64,000 nucleotides of DNA from Sedimentisphaerales bacterium (lineage in GTDB: Bacteria; Planctomycetota; Phycisphaerae; Sedimentisphaerales; SM23-30), in the NCBI GenBank assembly GCA_963663965.2, contig CAXXFK010000033.1, positions 96,001-160,000 of the forward strand, written 5' to 3'. Position numbers and translations under genes: made by a program. The notes under the pieces were generated by a model. It was not told the origin of the DNA, did not search any database, and saw nothing but the letters and a program-made list of their open reading frames with translations. Shown here piece after piece: positions 50,663 through 60,122 of the stretch (positions are counted from its first letter, which is position 1; each line of letters opens with the position of its first letter).

Positions 50663-51445
50663 CTAAGTCTTCTGATTGGCCCGCTGAATATCGGCTTGTT
50701 GACGCATTCGTTCGATGATGGTCGTGGTTTTGGCATGTGGGGAACTGAATTGTTGTGAAAGAATAATTTCTTCCATGTCGGCCGCTTTGTTCTCGGCATC
50801 CAGATGTTTCATGAACTCTTTGGCCACCCCCAATCGTTTTTCGGCAATTTGCCGTACACAATCAAAGCGAAAACTTTCGCGTAGCCGGGCAGACCAGTAA
50901 TCGTATTCGATTTTTCGTTTCCAGCTGGTCAGGGCTTCTGTGACACCCCGGCCATGGACCAGATAACGGCGCAGTTCATTGAATACTCCCACGGCTCCCA
51001 TATCGTCAAGGTTGCGGGCATCGGATAATATCATTGCTTCAATCAGACGCGTGTCACGTTTACCGGATTCGATGATCGTGCTGCAAACCCGTTCCATTTG
51101 CCGCGGATTTAAAATTCCAGCGAGCTTTTCCTGGACGGTCTGGGCTGAAAAGTCCCTTAAATCTTCATCCGTCAGATCAGCCAGGACCATTCGGGCAACT
51201 TTGTCTTCCTGGCTGGCATATTTGGCAAAACCCGCATCGCGAAATAACGCCGCGATATTCAAACATTCGCGATCAATTTGAAAACGCTTTACTTCTTCGA
51301 ATTGGCTGATATTACCGCAATGACGCAAAACCCGCATGGCGCGATCAATTAAATAATAATCGGGGGTGCCTTTTATGGTCGGTATAACCAGTACGCTGGT
51401 TGCAATTTCCTTAATGACCATCAACTCCGCCATTATTTTCTCCAA
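50663..51445 (-). CDS. HD-superfamily protein with degenerate metal-binding residues
   Basis: DRAMRV / AALFRDAG / EAMILSDARNLDDMGAVG align with the HxxRV / AALLHD / DADxLDxxG pattern. Confidence 0.7.
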   Translation of the reverse strand: MEKIMAELMVIKEIATSVLVIPTIKGTPDYYLIDRAMRVLRHCGNISQFEEVKRFQIDRECLNIAALFRDAGFAKYASQEDKVARMVLADLTDEDLRDFSAQTVQEKLAGILNPRQMERVCSTIIESGKRDTRLIEAMILSDARNLDDMGAVGVFNELRRYLVHGRGVTEALTSWKRKIEYDYWSARLRESFRFDCVRQIAEKRLGVAKEFMKHLDAENKAADMEEIILSQQFSSPHAKTTTIIERMRQQADIQRANQKT

Positions 51446-51599
51446 CTGGGGTTAACAGGCAACTGGTACACAAGTGGACCGCAAAAATCAAAATTCAATT
51501 CATCCGAGTTATCGGTATTATATCGACTTTGACTTGAAAATGGACAGGAAAACCCGGAAAAAACCGCAGGTAATCAAAGAAAATGCTGGCAGTGTCTGT

Positions 51600-52439
51600 T
51601 CATTGATGCGTTCTGCTGCTATAGCGTGTTGGATCATTTTCGGGAGTCATTTGTGAGTGTGGATCGATGTTGATCTGTCCGGTATCAAATAAATGACCAA
51701 GAATCCTTCTTCTCAATAAGGTTAGCGGGCGAAATAAAATGCGATGCAATTGGATTAACTTGCTGGTTCGATAGGTTTTTAAGTATTCCGCCTTGGGCAT
51801 TTTTTTTCGCAGGAAGCGGCGTTTATGCTTGTTGAGGTGGTATAAGTCTTCGGCTTGTAACCGGTTAAGAATCATTTGGCCTATCGCTTTCCAAGGTTTA
51901 TTCCAATCAATGCGGATTGAAATCTGAAAATCAATCAGCCAGGGTTTACGATCCTCACCAACCAGAATATTGCCTTTTTTGTTCATATCGATATAGGCAA
52001 TATGATGAGCATGAACCGATTTTATCAGAGATTCCAGGTTATCAAAAAAATCATCAGGAAGTTCCTGGGTCTGATCCAATGACCGGCCTTCAATATATTC
52101 ATAGACAAGGCCGGTATCACCAAATTGAGAAAGAAATCTTGGAGTTCCCGGCAGATGCGTGAGTTGCTTTAAGATTCCGCATTCATTATTTTGTAAATGG
52201 CGACCAATCCAATTGAGTGGGAGGCCCAGAATGTCGCCGGTACGATTAATTTTAAGTACGATATTTCCAGGGGAGGTGGACTGGAGGTTAGAATCTGTTA
52301 TGGTGTAAAGAGCTGTAAAGGCAAAGAAATCATGTTTAAATGTTCGGGTATATTTATAGGTTGATTCAGTCAGGTTGATAACCGCAGGGATTTCCTGACG
52401 CCCTAATGCTTGAAGTTGATTTCCTAAATTTTTTATCAT
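51600..52439 (-). CDS. Atypical protein-kinase-like protein (RIO/Kdo-like)
   Basis: FKHDFFA, VLK, YEYIEG, IAYIDMNKKGNILV, LIDFQ. Confidence 0.75.
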   Translation of the reverse strand: MIKNLGNQLQALGRQEIPAVINLTESTYKYTRTFKHDFFAFTALYTITDSNLQSTSPGNIVLKINRTGDILGLPLNWIGRHLQNNECGILKQLTHLPGTPRFLSQFGDTGLVYEYIEGRSLDQTQELPDDFFDNLESLIKSVHAHHIAYIDMNKKGNILVGEDRKPWLIDFQISIRIDWNKPWKAIGQMILNRLQAEDLYHLNKHKRRFLRKKMPKAEYLKTYRTSKLIQLHRILFRPLTLLRRRILGHLFDTGQINIDPHSQMTPENDPTRYSSRTHQ

Positions 52440-52886
52440 AACTTTGTTGGGTTAAGCAATCTCTCTAAAATGGAAATTAGAATATTGAATTTTTATAAGT
52501 CCAAATTAATACGGATAATTAATCCGGACTTTATAACTCATGTCAAGGGGCCCCCATTATTCTAGATCAAATTCAGGTTTCGGACAATGACAATCCGCGT
52601 GCAAAAGTTATTGAAATCATAGACAGAGGTGATAGATCATTATTATGAATAATCTTGGATGATTCAGTAAACAGAAAACTAAGATAACAATTTTGAAAAA
52701 ATTAAATAATTATTTATATCGCAGGGAATTTTCGGGGCATGTATTTAAATATCAAGGTTTTTATGAGATAAGAATAAATAATTGAAAAAAGATAACTTGT
52801 TGAAGTTCATGAAGGATAAGAGTATAATCTATATTGTAAAGAGTCATATATCAGGCACATAGATGTTATTCAGGTGTGAATTATAA

Positions 52887-53819
52887 ATGGCTTTATGGGA
52901 TAAAGTCAGATTTTTAGTATTGCGGCATCGCAAGGTGATGTATCCGTATAGGCGCACAGGGTTTACGTTAATTGAATTGTTGGTGGTTATCGGAATAATC
53001 ATGATCCTTTTGAGTATTTTAACACCCACTTTGGGACGGGTACGTCGGCAGGCGCTGCAATTGGAAGGGATCTCGGATCAGCGTTCGGTCAACCTGGGAG
53101 CGAATGAATATGCCAGTGATCACAGGGATCGATATCCGGAATCAATCGCAACTATTGGTCAGATCGATACCTGGTGGAACTGGCAGGAGCCGATGATGTT
53201 AACCGGCTATCGAGCCCGCAGTCCGCGCATGTACCGGGCGATGTCTTCCTATCTGAAAAGTTATGTCGAGTCCGAATCGGTTTTCTGCCCAAGCGCACCT
53301 GAACCCTATTCCTATCTGGCGCAGGCATGGGAGGCCGGCGATGACTGGGACAATCCATCTACCCCGCCGCTGGAAGATCCTGTAACTGGAATCTATTGCT
53401 ATTATTGGAATTATATAGGATATCTGGACGGCAAACGGGTGTTTCGTGGACCGATGAGTCTCGATGGAAGGCGGGGATATAGCACTATCTTATCCAGTGA
53501 TTATTTCGGTTATAATCATTGGCGCAGTCCCGAGGCATGGAGCAGTTGTGAAAAGATGAAAGGGGCTAAAGTCACAGAGGGGACTTCAGTTTCTTCATCA
53601 TACTGGTCGGTTATGCAGGAAACCTGGGATCCAGATAATGGCAATTCGCGCCCCGAGGTAAAATTGAACGCCTCTTATATTGATGGACATGTTGAAAACT
53701 GGTCTCCCAATGAATCAGGAATAATCAAAGTCGCAATTACTGCAGATGGCAGTTATGCGTATCCAGATGGCGCCGGACCGGGGGATATCTATTTGCCCGC
53801 CAAGGCCTTTACCCGTTGA
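52887..53819 (+). CDS. Prepilin-type N-terminal cleavage/methylation domain protein (planctomycete DUF1559-like); start may be 52938
   Basis: RRTG-FTLIELLVVIGII, FCPS, C-terminal NASYIDGHV. Confidence 0.85.
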   Translation: MALWDKVRFLVLRHRKVMYPYRRTGFTLIELLVVIGIIMILLSILTPTLGRVRRQALQLEGISDQRSVNLGANEYASDHRDRYPESIATIGQIDTWWNWQEPMMLTGYRARSPRMYRAMSSYLKSYVESESVFCPSAPEPYSYLAQAWEAGDDWDNPSTPPLEDPVTGIYCYYWNYIGYLDGKRVFRGPMSLDGRRGYSTILSSDYFGYNHWRSPEAWSSCEKMKGAKVTEGTSVSSSYWSVMQETWDPDNGNSRPEVKLNASYIDGHVENWSPNESGIIKVAITADGSYAYPDGAGPGDIYLPAKAFTR

Positions 53820-53880
53820 TTATGTCAACGGTGGGCTGTCCAAAACGGGACGGTTGATTTTAAATTGTTTGATCTTTTCC

Positions 53881-53908
53881 TTGTACAATTTTATTTTTTC
53901 AGTATAAT
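53881..53908 (+). promoter_or_regulatory. sigma70-like promoter of the tRNA
   Basis: TTGTAC-16-TATAAT. Confidence 0.55.
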
Positions 53909-53950
53909 TCCTTTTCTCGATATTTTTTCGAGAAATAAAAAATTATATAA

Positions 53951-54024
53951 GCGCCCGTAGCTCAACTGGATAGAGCATTGGTCTACGGAACCAAAGGTTA
54001 GAGGTTCGAATCCTCTCGGGCGTA
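53951..54024 (+). tRNA. tRNA-Arg(ACG), CCA not encoded
   Basis: gcgcccg acceptor/cgggcgt, D-arm tagctcaactggatagagc, anticodon arm ttggt-ctACGga-accaa, T-arm agaggttcgaatcctct. Confidence 0.97.
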
Positions 54025-54026
54025 TG

Positions 54027-54060
54027 AAAGCCGTTGACTTAATTGTCGGCGGCTTTTTTT
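54027..54060 (+). terminator. Intrinsic terminator after the tRNA
   Basis: aaagccgttgac-ttaatt-gtcggcggcttttttt. Confidence 0.85.
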
Positions 54061-54364
54061 CTGATTGTATGACAGACTGGGATCGGTAGCGATATATTAT
54101 CAAAATCGATGATAATTCGCGTTATGGTCAAGTTTTCAAAGCAATGCTGGTAGTGATTGGTGCGTTTTTGAGAATGTAACGGAAGGAAGCAGATTATATA
54201 CCCATCGGGTAAGGAAATATCCGATCACTTGCAGGCTGAGTTGTAATCGAAAGATCTATTTTACGGCCAAGTGAGCAATATTAATCGTTAATGAGATAGA
54301 TTTGCGTTAAGATCAGTATGTAGTACACGTATAGAACCTCAGTTAGAATTCCTTGGGACCACCT

Positions 54365-55867
54365 ATGAAACGGAATCAATATAATCGACGGAGTTTTTTG
54401 AAAAGTACGGCTCTTGGCCTTACCTGGCTTGTCGGATGCAGGTCTGATGGACTTGATCCAGCTTTATTGGGTGGGGTACATACAAAACCCAACCTGTTGT
54501 TCGTATTTGCCGATCAATGGCGCGCGCAGGATATGGGGTATGCCGGTAATCCGGATATCCTGACTCCTAATTTTGATCGTTTGGCGGACCAGAGTGTGAA
54601 TTTTGTCAATGCCGTATCCTGCTGTCCGGTGTGTAGTCCGTTCCGGGCCAGCCTGATTACGGGGCAATATCCCCTGACCCATGGTGTTTTTTTAAATGAT
54701 TTGCGTCTAAATAATAACGCGGTGTCTATTGCTCAGGTTTATCGGCAGGCTGGTTATCACACGGGCTATATCGGTAAATGGCATCTGGATGGGACTGGCC
54801 GAAGTGCGTTTATCCCGCCGGAAAGACACCAGGGCTTTGGATACTGGAAGGTGCTGGAATGTACCCATAATTATAATCATTCAGAATATTACGAAGGGGC
54901 TGATGCTCAGAAACGGATCTGGCCGGGCTATGATGCGATTGCGCAGACTCAAGATGCTCAAAACTATTTGAAAGCCCGATCTGATGATCAGCAGCCATTT
55001 ATGCTGTTTTTATCCTGGGGTCCACCTCATGCCCCGTATCGTACCGGGCCATCGGTTTTGCTGGCTCAGTATGATAAAAAGCCGTTGACTCTTAGAAAAA
55101 ATGTTCCGGAAGCATCCAAGGAGAAAGCAATACGGGATACCGCCGGATATTATGCTCACTGCACCGCCCTGGACCAGTGTATGGGGGAGCTATTGCATAC
55201 TTTGACGGAAACGGGTCTGGATCGTAATACCCTGGTCGTATTTACTTCGGATCATGGCGACATGCTCTATTCCAGAGGCGAATTGAAAAAGCAACGACCC
55301 TATGATGAGTCGATCCGCATTCCTTTTCTGGTACGATGCCCTACCGAATGGAAGGTTGCCCCCCGTCAGATCAAGATGCCGATCAATTCCCCCGACATTA
55401 TGCCCACCCTGCTTGGATTGAGTTGTTTGCCTGTTCCGGCCAGCGTGGAAGGCGAAAATCTGGCGAAGGTCATCTCCGGTGGTCAACCTGATAGTGACCG
55501 GGCGGTTCTGATCATGTGTGCCAGTCCATTCGGTCAGTGGACTCGCGATCAGGGTGGCAAAGAGTATCGCGGGATACGAACGGCACGTTATACTTATGTT
55601 AAAGATCTGGATGGGGACTGGTTGTTATATGATAATGAGATTGATCCCTGGCAGCAGCAAAACCAGATTCATAATCCGGCTTATCGTACGGTCAAACAAG
55701 AACTGGCCAGTCAACTGCAAGTCCTGCTGGATCGAACCGGCGATGAATTCCTGTCAGGGCCGGAACTGATCCGGCGTTGTGGCTATCGGGTGGATAAAAA
55801 AGAGACCATCAATTATCAGGATCAGTCCAGTTATGGCCAGGTCAGTGTCTGTTGTCGAAAAGGGTGA
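54365..55867 (+). CDS. Tat-exported formylglycine-dependent (S1) sulfatase
   Basis: NRRSFLK; PNLLFVFADQ; CSPFR (CxPxR); GKWH; SDHG. Confidence 0.95.
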   Translation: MKRNQYNRRSFLKSTALGLTWLVGCRSDGLDPALLGGVHTKPNLLFVFADQWRAQDMGYAGNPDILTPNFDRLADQSVNFVNAVSCCPVCSPFRASLITGQYPLTHGVFLNDLRLNNNAVSIAQVYRQAGYHTGYIGKWHLDGTGRSAFIPPERHQGFGYWKVLECTHNYNHSEYYEGADAQKRIWPGYDAIAQTQDAQNYLKARSDDQQPFMLFLSWGPPHAPYRTGPSVLLAQYDKKPLTLRKNVPEASKEKAIRDTAGYYAHCTALDQCMGELLHTLTETGLDRNTLVVFTSDHGDMLYSRGELKKQRPYDESIRIPFLVRCPTEWKVAPRQIKMPINSPDIMPTLLGLSCLPVPASVEGENLAKVISGGQPDSDRAVLIMCASPFGQWTRDQGGKEYRGIRTARYTYVKDLDGDWLLYDNEIDPWQQQNQIHNPAYRTVKQELASQLQVLLDRTGDEFLSGPELIRRCGYRVDKKETINYQDQSSYGQVSVCCRKG

Positions 55868-55870
55868 TTT

Positions 55871-56326
55871 ATGGCAATTCATAAATGGATTCAAATTACT
55901 ATGCTCCTCGTGATGATTGTTACTGCCGGCTGTCATCGGTTGGAGCCGCCTCAACCGGTTAACGCGCAAGTGGCCGGTTTATCTGCACGAAGTTATTATC
56001 TGACCTCCAGCACTTCGCCTGAAGCTTTGCTGATCGCTCGTTGTGTTGCCTGTGATGAATATGGCACTCAAAAGAAGGGGGATTGGGTCACGCATTATTA
56101 TCTGACCCAATGGGAGATATTAAAGAAAGAGGGTCGCTGGAACGAACCGAATCTGGTGTTTGTTTACCTGGATAGCTGGCCAACGCCCCAATCCGGCATT
56201 CGGGTGAAGAGAATGCCGTTTCCGTTCCATGTCGGACATGATATAGTCTTTTCGGTTGTGTTTAAAGACAATATCAACTGGATTATGGATTATCAGAAGA
56301 TTGATTCCCTGGAAAGAGGACTGTAA
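55871..56326 (+). CDS. Hypothetical lipoprotein
   Basis: Hydrophobic N-terminus with lipobox-like TAGC; tightly packed between the sulfatase and GH106. Confidence 0.6.
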   Translation: MAIHKWIQITMLLVMIVTAGCHRLEPPQPVNAQVAGLSARSYYLTSSTSPEALLIARCVACDEYGTQKKGDWVTHYYLTQWEILKKEGRWNEPNLVFVYLDSWPTPQSGIRVKRMPFPFHVGHDIVFSVVFKDNINWIMDYQKIDSLERGL

Positions 56327-56334
56327 ATCAGAAA

Positions 56335-59300
56335 ATGCGTATTCACTATAGATGGATGTCGGTAATAATTTTGATCTGTGTGATGGTATGTGCTGGTACA
56401 AGCCTGGAAGAAGGATTTTTGCAGCCACCGCACGAGGCCAGGCCGCAAACCTGGTGGCACTGGATGAATGGGAATGTGACGGCAGAAGGCATAACAGCCG
56501 ATCTGGAGGCGATGGCCCGGGTGGGTATCGGAGGGGTGATGGCCTTCAGTGTGGGATTTGAGGAGCCCGGCCCGGTTCGATATATGTCGCCTGAATGGCA
56601 ACGGCTGATCGTACATGCTGCGGGTGAATGTCAACGGCTTGGACTGGACTTTACCACCCATAATTGCGATGGTTGGAGTACGACCGGCGGGCCCTGGATT
56701 ACGCCGGAAAAATCGATGCAGAAACTGGTCTGGAGTGAATGTCAGATCGATGGCGGCCGGCTTGTGGATGAGGTGTTGCCACATCCACCGGTGGTACATG
56801 GCTTATTTCAGGATGTCTGTCAGCGTTCATTTGAGCAGTTCTCTTTATCGCAAGCAAAGACAGGAACTTATTATCAGGATGTGGCGGTACTGGCATTTCC
56901 GTCGATCAAGCAGGATCCAGATATTTCTGTCTATCGACCGGATGTGATTACGGATGTGCCGGGTTTGCCGTTGCGTCATCTGATCGATGGCGATGTGAAC
57001 ACCACGATTGAGATGCCGGGCCCGGCTCCGGGCCAGACCCATTATATTCAGTTTAACTTTACGGCGCCATTTACCTGCCGGTCGGTGACCTGGCTGGGCG
57101 ATCATTATTTGATGCCGGGGGAGGGTGTATTTCAATATAGTCATGATGGTGAGCATTTTGTGGATATCTGCCCGATTGCCATGCCGGGATTCTGGGCCCG
57201 ATTTATTCCCAATACGTTTTCTTTTGAGCCGGTGACCGCGCGTTATTTTCGGTTTGTGTGCACCAAACCGGGTTTGATCGGGAAGTTTGGCCTGGCTGAG
57301 TTGAGGTTGTCCAGCCAACCTTATCTTCACGCCTGGCAGAATAAGGCGGGCTTTGGCGTTATTGCCACACACGAAACTCCCGTGGCGGCCGTTCCGGCAG
57401 ATTATATTGTTTCACGCAAACAGGTCATTGATTTGACCGACAAAATGAGTGTGGAAGGTCAGCTGAACTGGCAGGCGCCGCCGGGTAACTGGACGATTCT
57501 TCGCTTTGGGTATACCCCTACCGGGACTAAGAACCGGCCGGCCACGCCTGAAGGCACGGGGCTGGAATGCGACAAGCTGAGTCAGGAGGCGGTTCGGTTT
57601 CATTTTTCGCAGGTCATGGCGAAGCTGCTGGCGCAATGCGGCCCGGCGCAAAAAGGCGGCATGACGGGGATGCTGGTAGATAGCTGGGAAGCGTTTTTTC
57701 AGAACTGGACACAACAGATGCCGGCGGAGTTCAAGCAACGCCGGAATTATAACCTGATCAGCTGGTTGCCGGTGTTGGCGGGTTATGTTGTCGGCAGTGT
57801 GGATGAATCAGAGCGTTTTCTGGACGATTTTCGCAGAACCCTCAGCGATATGCTGGTGGAAAATTATTTTGATGTTCTGGCGCAACTGGCGCATGAAAAC
57901 GGTTTGAAACTGGTCACGGAAATCTATGGCAATACGATCGCTGTCGATACGTTTCGCGCCCAACGGGCGGCGGATATTTCCATGGGAGAGTTCTGGCTGA
58001 GGCCGGGCGCCGATGAATTCGCCTGGAACTGCAAAGAGACGGCTTCCTGTGCCCATGTCTATGGCAGAATTATTGTGGGCGCGGAATCGTTTACCTGCGG
58101 GCCGCATAACCGTACCAACTGGAATGAGACGCCTTATGATATGAAAGCGGTGGGGGATATGCATCTGGCGGCCGGAATCAATCGCATCGTCTTTCACACC
58201 TCCAGTCATCAACCCTGGCTGGATCGATATCCCGGCATGACATTCGGGCCTCACGGGATCCATTTTGAGCGTACCCAGACCTGGTGGGAGCAAAGCCGGG
58301 CCTGGCTGGATTATCTGGCCCGATGTCAATATTTACTGATGCAGGGAGTGCCAGTAGTTGATGTCTGTTATTTTCTGGGTGAAGAGATTCCCAATACATT
58401 GCCTCCCCGTGATGAATTGTGGCTGGAATTGCCGGAGGGCTACGAATATGATGGGTGTAATGCCGAAGCACTCCAGACGCGAATGAAGGTTCGGAATGAA
58501 CGTCTTGTCATGCCGGATGGTATGAGCTATGCGATTTTACTGTTACCCCGGGAATATCGGATTTCTGATCGTACCATGATGAAACTGGATCAATTATTGA
58601 GCGATGGGGCGATTCTGGTCGGGCCGCCCCCGCGGGGAGTTGCGGGATTATCCGGCTATCCTGACAGCCAAACCAATGTGGCCGACCTGGCTAATACCAT
58701 GTGGGGCAAATGTGATGGGAAAAGCAAAACGATTAATTACTATGGCAAAGGTAAAGTTATTTATGGCCAGGATCTGAAGCAGATCTTCCAATCCATGAAA
58801 TTGCATCCAGATTTTATCTGGCGTTCGGATAATCCCAAGGCCCGTCTGAGTTATAATCATCGGGTGGAGAATGATACTGATATTTATTTTCTGGCTACTG
58901 AGAACCGTGAATGTGCCCGGTTTGAATGCAGTTTTCGCATCAAGGACCGTCAGCCCGAAATCTGGCATCCAGATACGGGCCAAATTGAGCGTCCGGCAGA
59001 TTTTCGCCAGGAAAATGGACTTACGAACATTACAATTGATTTTGAACCCTCCGGATCCATGTTTGTTATTTTCCGCAAGCCAGCCATTTCCAAACCATTG
59101 CATTGGAAACAAGCCGGTCCTGTTTCAGTGGAACTCCCAGGTGAAGCGCTTAGATTAAATAAAAACGGACATTATGAGTTCAGTGTGTTTCAAAATGGTA
59201 AATGGAATTTTAAGACGACTGATGAAAGATCGTTGTTGATCGAAATGGACGATTTGCCGGCAGTTTCACATTTGAATATTCCCTGGCAGGTGACTTTTGA

Positions 59301-59784
59301 TCCAAGATGGGGAGGACCTGGTCAGGTTACATTTGATCACTTGCAATCGTGGTCGGAACATCCTGATGAAGGGATAAAATACTATTCTGGGACCGCGGTG
59401 TATCGGTCGCATTTTGATGTGCCGGACAGCCTTATCAATCAGGCAGATGCATTGATATTGGATCTTGGAGAGATTGCCGATATGGCCGAAGTTAAACTGA
59501 ATGGTTACGATTTTGGAATACTCTGGAAGCCTCCCTATCGTAAGGAGGTGACCAGCGCCTTACGTTCTGAAAACAATCAAATCGAAATCCGGATTACGAA
59601 TGTCTGGCGAAATCGATTAATCGGGGACAGTCAAAGGGCTCCCGATCGGCGAATCACCTGGTATTCCTGGCATGAAAAATACTATACTCCTGATTCGCCG
59701 CTTCAGCCGGCCGGAATGATCGGGCCTGTCCGGCTCATTCCTGGGAAAATAATGGTTATTCAGCCCAAGAAAATCGTCCGATAA
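56335..59784 (+). CDS. GH106-like alpha-L-rhamnosidase
   Basis: ARPQTWWHWMNGN, GWSTTGGPWI, GLECDKL, DSWE, GAESFT, YYSGTAVY, LWKPPY. Confidence 0.9.
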   Translation: MRIHYRWMSVIILICVMVCAGTSLEEGFLQPPHEARPQTWWHWMNGNVTAEGITADLEAMARVGIGGVMAFSVGFEEPGPVRYMSPEWQRLIVHAAGECQRLGLDFTTHNCDGWSTTGGPWITPEKSMQKLVWSECQIDGGRLVDEVLPHPPVVHGLFQDVCQRSFEQFSLSQAKTGTYYQDVAVLAFPSIKQDPDISVYRPDVITDVPGLPLRHLIDGDVNTTIEMPGPAPGQTHYIQFNFTAPFTCRSVTWLGDHYLMPGEGVFQYSHDGEHFVDICPIAMPGFWARFIPNTFSFEPVTARYFRFVCTKPGLIGKFGLAELRLSSQPYLHAWQNKAGFGVIATHETPVAAVPADYIVSRKQVIDLTDKMSVEGQLNWQAPPGNWTILRFGYTPTGTKNRPATPEGTGLECDKLSQEAVRFHFSQVMAKLLAQCGPAQKGGMTGMLVDSWEAFFQNWTQQMPAEFKQRRNYNLISWLPVLAGYVVGSVDESERFLDDFRRTLSDMLVENYFDVLAQLAHENGLKLVTEIYGNTIAVDTFRAQRAADISMGEFWLRPGADEFAWNCKETASCAHVYGRIIVGAESFTCGPHNRTNWNETPYDMKAVGDMHLAAGINRIVFHTSSHQPWLDRYPGMTFGPHGIHFERTQTWWEQSRAWLDYLARCQYLLMQGVPVVDVCYFLGEEIPNTLPPRDELWLELPEGYEYDGCNAEALQTRMKVRNERLVMPDGMSYAILLLPREYRISDRTMMKLDQLLSDGAILVGPPPRGVAGLSGYPDSQTNVADLANTMWGKCDGKSKTINYYGKGKVIYGQDLKQIFQSMKLHPDFIWRSDNPKARLSYNHRVENDTDIYFLATENRECARFECSFRIKDRQPEIWHPDTGQIERPADFRQENGLTNITIDFEPSGSMFVIFRKPAISKPLHWKQAGPVSVELPGEALRLNKNGHYEFSVFQNGKWNFKTTDERSLLIEMDDLPAVSHLNIPWQVTFDPRWGGPGQVTFDHLQSWSEHPDEGIKYYSGTAVYRSHFDVPDSLINQADALILDLGEIADMAEVKLNGYDFGILWKPPYRKEVTSALRSENNQIEIRITNVWRNRLIGDSQRAPDRRITWYSWHEKYYTPDSPLQPAGMIGPVRLIPGKIMVIQPKKIVR

Positions 59785-59800
59785 TTAGTTAAGAAATTAT

Positions 59801-59870
59801 AAAAAAAATCCCGCCTCTGAGGCAGGTTTGTTCGGACTCTGACATGTCCAGGAGATCATGAAGAAGAAGT
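59801..59870 (-). ncRNA. Candidate sRNA copy 1 (~70 nt)
   Basis: Promoter TTGCCC(59905-59900)-17-TATATT(59882-59877); CU-rich 5' end; ggac/gtcc hairpin; terminator cctgcct-cag-aggcggg followed by a+T8. Confidence 0.6.
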
Positions 59871-60046
59871 ACAGTAAATATAATATTTAAATTAACCTGG
59901 GGCAAATTTTGCCGTTGATAAAATGCATATTTTTATAATCTGGCGTATGTAAACACTTAGGTTTAAATTTCTTAGATTGAATTGAAGCGAGTCGGAAAAG
60001 TATTTACAGGTCTTTAGTCATGGTCCGATAATCAGATTTTTTAGAC

Positions 60047-60122
60047 AAAAAAAATCCCACCTCTGAGGCAGGCTTGTTTGGACTCTGACATGTCCTGGAG
60101 AATTATATAATGAAGAAGAAGT
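60047..60122 (-). ncRNA. Candidate sRNA copy 2 (~76 nt), paralog of copy 1
   Basis: Promoter TTGCCT(60157-60152)-17-TATACT(60134-60129); same 5' end, hairpin and terminator. Confidence 0.6.

Noticed and set aside
54180..54192. SRP RNA-like cggaaggaagcag
   Set aside because: The upstream CAGG half of helix 8 and the enclosing stem are absent
59801..60122. CRISPR array from the two ~70-nt repeats
   Set aside because: Only two copies; repeats and gap far too long; no cas genes in the window
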